Shown one piece after another: positions 60,201 through 64,000 of a stretch of DNA of 64,000 nucleotides. The translations under genes were made by a program, and so were the position numbers. The stretch is from Bdellovibrionales bacterium (GTDB taxonomy: Bacteria > Bdellovibrionota > Bdellovibrionia > Bdellovibrionales > JAGQZY01). Location: NCBI GenBank assembly GCA_964230645.1, contig CAXRHT010000002.1, positions 992,001 through 1,056,000 of the forward strand, read 5' to 3'. Below the pieces are notes generated by a model. It was not told the DNA's origin. It did not search any database and worked only from the letters and a program-made list of their open reading frames with translations. Every line of letters begins with the position of its first letter. The first letter of the stretch is position 1.

Positions 60201-60941
60201 TCAGTGGCTCTCACTATGAGACAGTTCGACTTCCGACATTTTGACCTCCTTTAGTCCAGCTTCATAGAGGAAAAAGCAGTGATGAGGATTGCGCTGCTTA
60301 AGATCTAAAAATTTCTTACGTGTCGCTTTTATATTGGTAGGATCATCGTCAGAATAGCCAAATCGATGATCCGGCTCGTGACCAAATTCTAAATAGATCT
60401 GCTCAATGAAATGGTGCAGTGCCTGTTTTTTAAGAGGAGAAACCAAATCAGGGCCCGTCCACTTTAAGAGGGCTTTAGTCTGAGGACTCGTTACCGCGTA
60501 AATACTGTGGATATCGGGTTTATGAGGAATCAGTTTCTGCTCAGCCAACCAATGAATTCCCTCACGGATTCTATCGGGATGGTGACCACGGGCCGTGATT
60601 ATGGAAATGGTTCTTTGGCGATTGATCGCTTTTAAAAAGCGCTCCCAGGAAGGGCCTTGCCACGAGGGCTGCGAAGTCGCCTTTTTTAGGTCCTCTAAAA
60701 AGGGCGAGTGAGAGTTATCCGATGGATCTGCAAATTGCCTGAAACTTTTTCCGGGACTAGGATCGATGACATAGTCCTCATAGAGCCCCATTTTCCCAAC
60801 TTCTGTGCGGTGTTGAACATATTCACTTGAGGTGAGGGTTAACTCCTCACCGGTTTGCTTATGATAGATATAGGTTTCCGACTGTGTGTGGATAATGTTG
60901 TCATCAAAATCAAAAATATAAAAACTTTTCGCTGACTTCAT
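60201..60941 (-). CDS. HAD-superfamily protein of unknown function
   Basis: IFDFDDNI (motif I), ITARGH (motif II), GYSDDD (motif IV); ATGA overlap with topA. Confidence 0.7.
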   Translation of the reverse strand: MKSAKSFYIFDFDDNIIHTQSETYIYHKQTGEELTLTSSEYVQHRTEVGKMGLYEDYVIDPSPGKSFRQFADPSDNSHSPFLEDLKKATSQPSWQGPSWERFLKAINRQRTISIITARGHHPDRIREGIHWLAEQKLIPHKPDIHSIYAVTSPQTKALLKWTGPDLVSPLKKQALHHFIEQIYLEFGHEPDHRFGYSDDDPTNIKATRKKFLDLKQRNPHHCFFLYEAGLKEVKMSEVELSHSESH

Positions 60942-63649
60942 GTTTCCGTGGTGGAACTTTGCTCACTACTGGCTTTTTTAGTGGCTTTTTTTGCCTTTTT
61001 AGCCGTCTTCTTTTTTTTAGCCTTTTTTTTCACTTTTGATGAACTCTTTGTAACCTTGGCTTTCTTTTTGGCACTTTTCTTTTTTGTCTTCTTTTTGGCC
61101 TTCTTTTTCTTCTTCTTTTTAACTTTCGAAAGCTTATCACTAAGTAGTTCGATAGCTTTTTCAGCCGTCACATCATCAATTTCCAAATCATCAGGAAGAG
61201 AGACATTGATTTTACCCATCTTTATATAGGGCCCGTAGCGACCATTAAAGACATTCATATCCTCTTCTACTTCGGGGTGCTTACCGAGCTCTTTTAAAGG
61301 TGCCGCTCGACCGCGTCCTCTTTTCGGTTGCGAAAGAAGTCCCATGGCAAAATCGAAATCCACTTCAAATAAACTTTGAGTTTTCGGAACAGAACGAAAG
61401 TCACCATCACAGACCACATAAGGACCAAAACGTCCAATGCCGACTTTCACATCTTTTTTGAGTTCAGGATGCTCTCCCAAAGTTTTAGGAAGAGACAAAA
61501 GAAACAGAGCTTGCTCGATGGTCACGTCCTCAGGTTCAAGACCTTGTGGAAGAGTGGTTCGCTTAGGCTTGGCGTTGTCATCAGTGGCATCACCTCTTTG
61601 CACATAGGGACCATAACGACCAGTAAGAACGTAAACGGGCTCATCCGTCTCAGGGTCCACCCCAAGAGCGTCGGCTCCCTTAATTTTTTGATCAATCAAT
61701 TTATTGCAGTCCGCCGGAGTGATATCCGCAGGGGCTTGCGAATCAGGAAGAGAGGCGCACTGCTCTTCACCTTCGTTTAAACGACACACATAGGCGCCAT
61801 AACGGCCCACTCGAAAACTTAGGGAAGGTAGAGTTTCGAAATTAATTTGACGGGCCTTATCGGGGTCGATGTTCTCTTCTTGCTTTTCAACTTGGTCGCG
61901 AAGCCCTTTGTCTCCAAAGTAAACACTTTCCAGGAAGTCATTGGAGTTCAATTCGCCACCGGCGATATCATCCAATTTATTCTCCATTTCGGTGGTAAAG
62001 CCAAGATCGACATAGGTGGGTAAATGCTGATTAAGAAGCCTTGAGACAATCATTGCTGTGAAACTTGGAACAAGAGCATTACCCGACTTGTTCACATAAC
62101 CGCGATCGATGATCGTACTGATAATGGAAGCATAAGTTGAAGGTCTTCCAATCCCCTCTTTTTCCATCATCTGAACGAGTGAGGCCTCTGTGAAGCGAGC
62201 CGGCGGCTTGGTTTCATGCTCTTTTTCTTCCGCGGCACTGACTTCGATCACGTCCCCTTCATTCATTTTCGGAAGCAGGGTGCTTTCTTCTTTGTTATCT
62301 TCCTCGTCATCAGTACTTTCCACATAGACTTTCAAAAATCCTGGAAACTCAACCGACTGACCAGAGGCTGCAAAGATGGCCTCACCGGCTTTAATACGAG
62401 CATTCACTTGCTTAAGTTGAGCATTTGGAAGTTGAGAGGCAATCGTTCTCTTCCAGATAAGTTCATAGAGGCCAAGATTGACACCTTTTAATTTTGTTTC
62501 ATCAGGGGGAATCATCTCCGTTCCTGCTGGACGAATTGCTTCGTGAGCCTCTTGAGCTCCTTTGGCTTTTTTACCTTTATAGGTCCGAGGCTCTTTAGTG
62601 AGATAATCATTTCCGTAAAGACTTTTGATTCTTGAACGAGCCGCTTCGATGGCTTGAGTGGAAAGAGAATTTGAATCCGTTCTCATATAGGTAATATGCC
62701 CTTGCTCGTAAAGCTTCTGAGCCACTTGCATGGTTTCTTTGGCACTTAACCCAAGTTTTCTGTTCGCTTCCTGTTGCAGAGTTGAGGTGATAAAAGGAGG
62801 TGCGGGTTTGCGGCTAATAGGACGCTCTTCCACACTTTGCACAGTCCAATCAGTGCTTAGGACCTCATCTTTTATTTGTTTCACTAACTTTTCATCCACC
62901 CAAAGAGTGTCGTCTTCTTTTGATTTTAAAAGTTTCCCAGTGTCGGCATCAAAATCTTTTCCAGAGGCGGTCTTTTTACCTTTATAACTCCAAAGCCTGG
63001 ACTCAAAGGATTTTTTATCTTTAAGGTTTTTGGCGTAAAGGCCCCAGTAGTTGGCTTTTTTAAATTTCAAACGCTGAGTTTCACGCTCGGAGATCAGTTT
63101 CACGGCCACCGACTGAACTCTTCCCGCAGACAAACCGTAGGCCACTTTTTTCCAAAGAAGCGGAGAGATGGTGTAACCCACTAAGCGATCAAGAATACGG
63201 CGAGCCTCTTGGGCACGCACCAGGTCCATATCGATCTCGCGAAAATCCTCAAGGGCTTTATTGATAGCCGACTTGGTGATCTCGTGAAAAACCATTCGTT
63301 TAGTCTTAATTTTTGGTTTTAATACTTCCACGAGGTGCCAACTGATGCTCTCCCCTTCACGGTCTTCATCGGTTGCGAGAATGAGCTCGTCAGCATCTTT
63401 GAGTAAGGATTTAAGCTCTCGCACCACTTTCGTTTTGGTACGAGGGATACAGTAAATAGGGTCGAAGTCTTTTTCTACGTTGACCCCAAGCCGTGACCAG
63501 GGCTCCTTTTTGAATTTTTCAGGAATATCTTTGGCCGATTGCGGAAGGTCACGAATGTGCCCCATACAGGATTCGACGTGATAATCCGGTCCTAAAAACT
63601 TTTTAATGGTTCTGGCTTTTGTTGGGGACTCAACGATGACTAGCTTCAT
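60938..63649 (-). CDS. topA: Type IA DNA topoisomerase I with Toprim_C repeats and Lys-rich tail
   Basis: LVIVESPTKA, ATDEDREGE, SAGRVQS, ITYMRTD, AHEAIRP, GIGRPST, repeated GRYGPY. Confidence 0.98.
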   Translation of the reverse strand: MKLVIVESPTKARTIKKFLGPDYHVESCMGHIRDLPQSAKDIPEKFKKEPWSRLGVNVEKDFDPIYCIPRTKTKVVRELKSLLKDADELILATDEDREGESISWHLVEVLKPKIKTKRMVFHEITKSAINKALEDFREIDMDLVRAQEARRILDRLVGYTISPLLWKKVAYGLSAGRVQSVAVKLISERETQRLKFKKANYWGLYAKNLKDKKSFESRLWSYKGKKTASGKDFDADTGKLLKSKEDDTLWVDEKLVKQIKDEVLSTDWTVQSVEERPISRKPAPPFITSTLQQEANRKLGLSAKETMQVAQKLYEQGHITYMRTDSNSLSTQAIEAARSRIKSLYGNDYLTKEPRTYKGKKAKGAQEAHEAIRPAGTEMIPPDETKLKGVNLGLYELIWKRTIASQLPNAQLKQVNARIKAGEAIFAASGQSVEFPGFLKVYVESTDDEEDNKEESTLLPKMNEGDVIEVSAAEEKEHETKPPARFTEASLVQMMEKEGIGRPSTYASIISTIIDRGYVNKSGNALVPSFTAMIVSRLLNQHLPTYVDLGFTTEMENKLDDIAGGELNSNDFLESVYFGDKGLRDQVEKQEENIDPDKARQINFETLPSLSFRVGRYGAYVCRLNEGEEQCASLPDSQAPADITPADCNKLIDQKIKGADALGVDPETDEPVYVLTGRYGPYVQRGDATDDNAKPKRTTLPQGLEPEDVTIEQALFLLSLPKTLGEHPELKKDVKVGIGRFGPYVVCDGDFRSVPKTQSLFEVDFDFAMGLLSQPKRGRGRAAPLKELGKHPEVEEDMNVFNGRYGPYIKMGKINVSLPDDLEIDDVTAEKAIELLSDKLSKVKKKKKKKAKKKTKKKSAKKKAKVTKSSSKVKKKAKKKKTAKKAKKATKKASSEQSSTTET

Positions 63650-63711
63650 AATCGACTCTATCCTTATATTTAGGGCTGTTACGTTCAAACAATGAAACCT
63701 AAAATTTGAGC

Positions 63712-63741
63712 TTGCAAGTGGATTTTATAACGCAATATAGT
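63712..63741 (+). promoter_or_regulatory. Putative sigma70 promoter
   Basis: TTGCAA-N18-TATAGT upstream of ATG 63800. Confidence 0.35.
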
Positions 63742-63799
63742 AACAAGCGATGAACAAGAGGAGATTCTCCTACAACATTAACGCATTGCGAAGGTCGCT

Positions 63800-64000
63800 A
63801 TGAAAAGTCTCGCTCAATTCCAAAGCACAATTAAATACCTCTTCACTGATATAGACGACACGCTCACACTCGATGGACAACTGCCAGCGGAGAGTTATCA
63901 GAAAATTTGGGAACTCCACCAAAAGGGAGTGGCGGTGATTCCTGTCACTGGGCGACCGGCGGGCTGGTGTGAGATGATTGCCAGAATGTGGCCAGTCCTT
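63800..64000 (+). CDS. HAD-IIB family hydrolase, 3'-truncated by window edge
   Basis: Own translation: MKSLAQFQSTIKYLFTDIDDTLT...IPVTGRPAGWCEMIARMWPV. Confidence 0.85.
   Translation, partial: MKSLAQFQSTIKYLFTDIDDTLTLDGQLPAESYQKIWELHQKGVAVIPVTGRPAGWCEMIARMWPVL

Overview
Gene-dense bacterial chromosomal segment, most likely from a predatory Bdellovibrionota (inference from FQNCG/YQNCG-type lipoproteins, a spirochaete/deltaproteobacterial-type EF-G and many secreted hydrolases). Housekeeping genes (purA, lptE-holA, pdxH, slyD, aat, recQ, fusA-dcd, cutA, frmA-fghA, pyrE, gdhA, 2-oxoacid dehydrogenase E1 alpha/beta, prc, topA, tRNA-Lys, tRNA-Glu) are interleaved with exported enzymes (PLD, permuted NlpC/P60, M23, trypsin, astacin, a ~1460-aa metzincin lipoprotein, two serine beta-lactamase-fold hydrolases) and uncharacterised lipoproteins. 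No CRISPR, rRNA, transposase, integrase or reverse transcriptase was seen. Best candidates for undescribed biology: (1) 53.6-57.8 kb, a LysM-like/beta-barrel gene with two unrelated lectin-type lipoproteins that share a post-Cys N-terminal motif, both units preceded by sigma28-like promoters, suggesting a lipoprotein surface-display/adhesin system, echoed by a second barrel+lipoprotein pair at 37.6-42.8 kb; (2) a signal-peptide protein apparently built from two degenerate ASCH/YqfB-like domains; (3) a coupled secreted PLD + permuted NlpC/P60 pair; (4) a four-helix-bundle gene with a heptamer array abutting tRNA-Glu; (5) two unexplained structured intergenic regions and a REP-like doublet. All family assignments are from motif recognition by eye; no searches were run.
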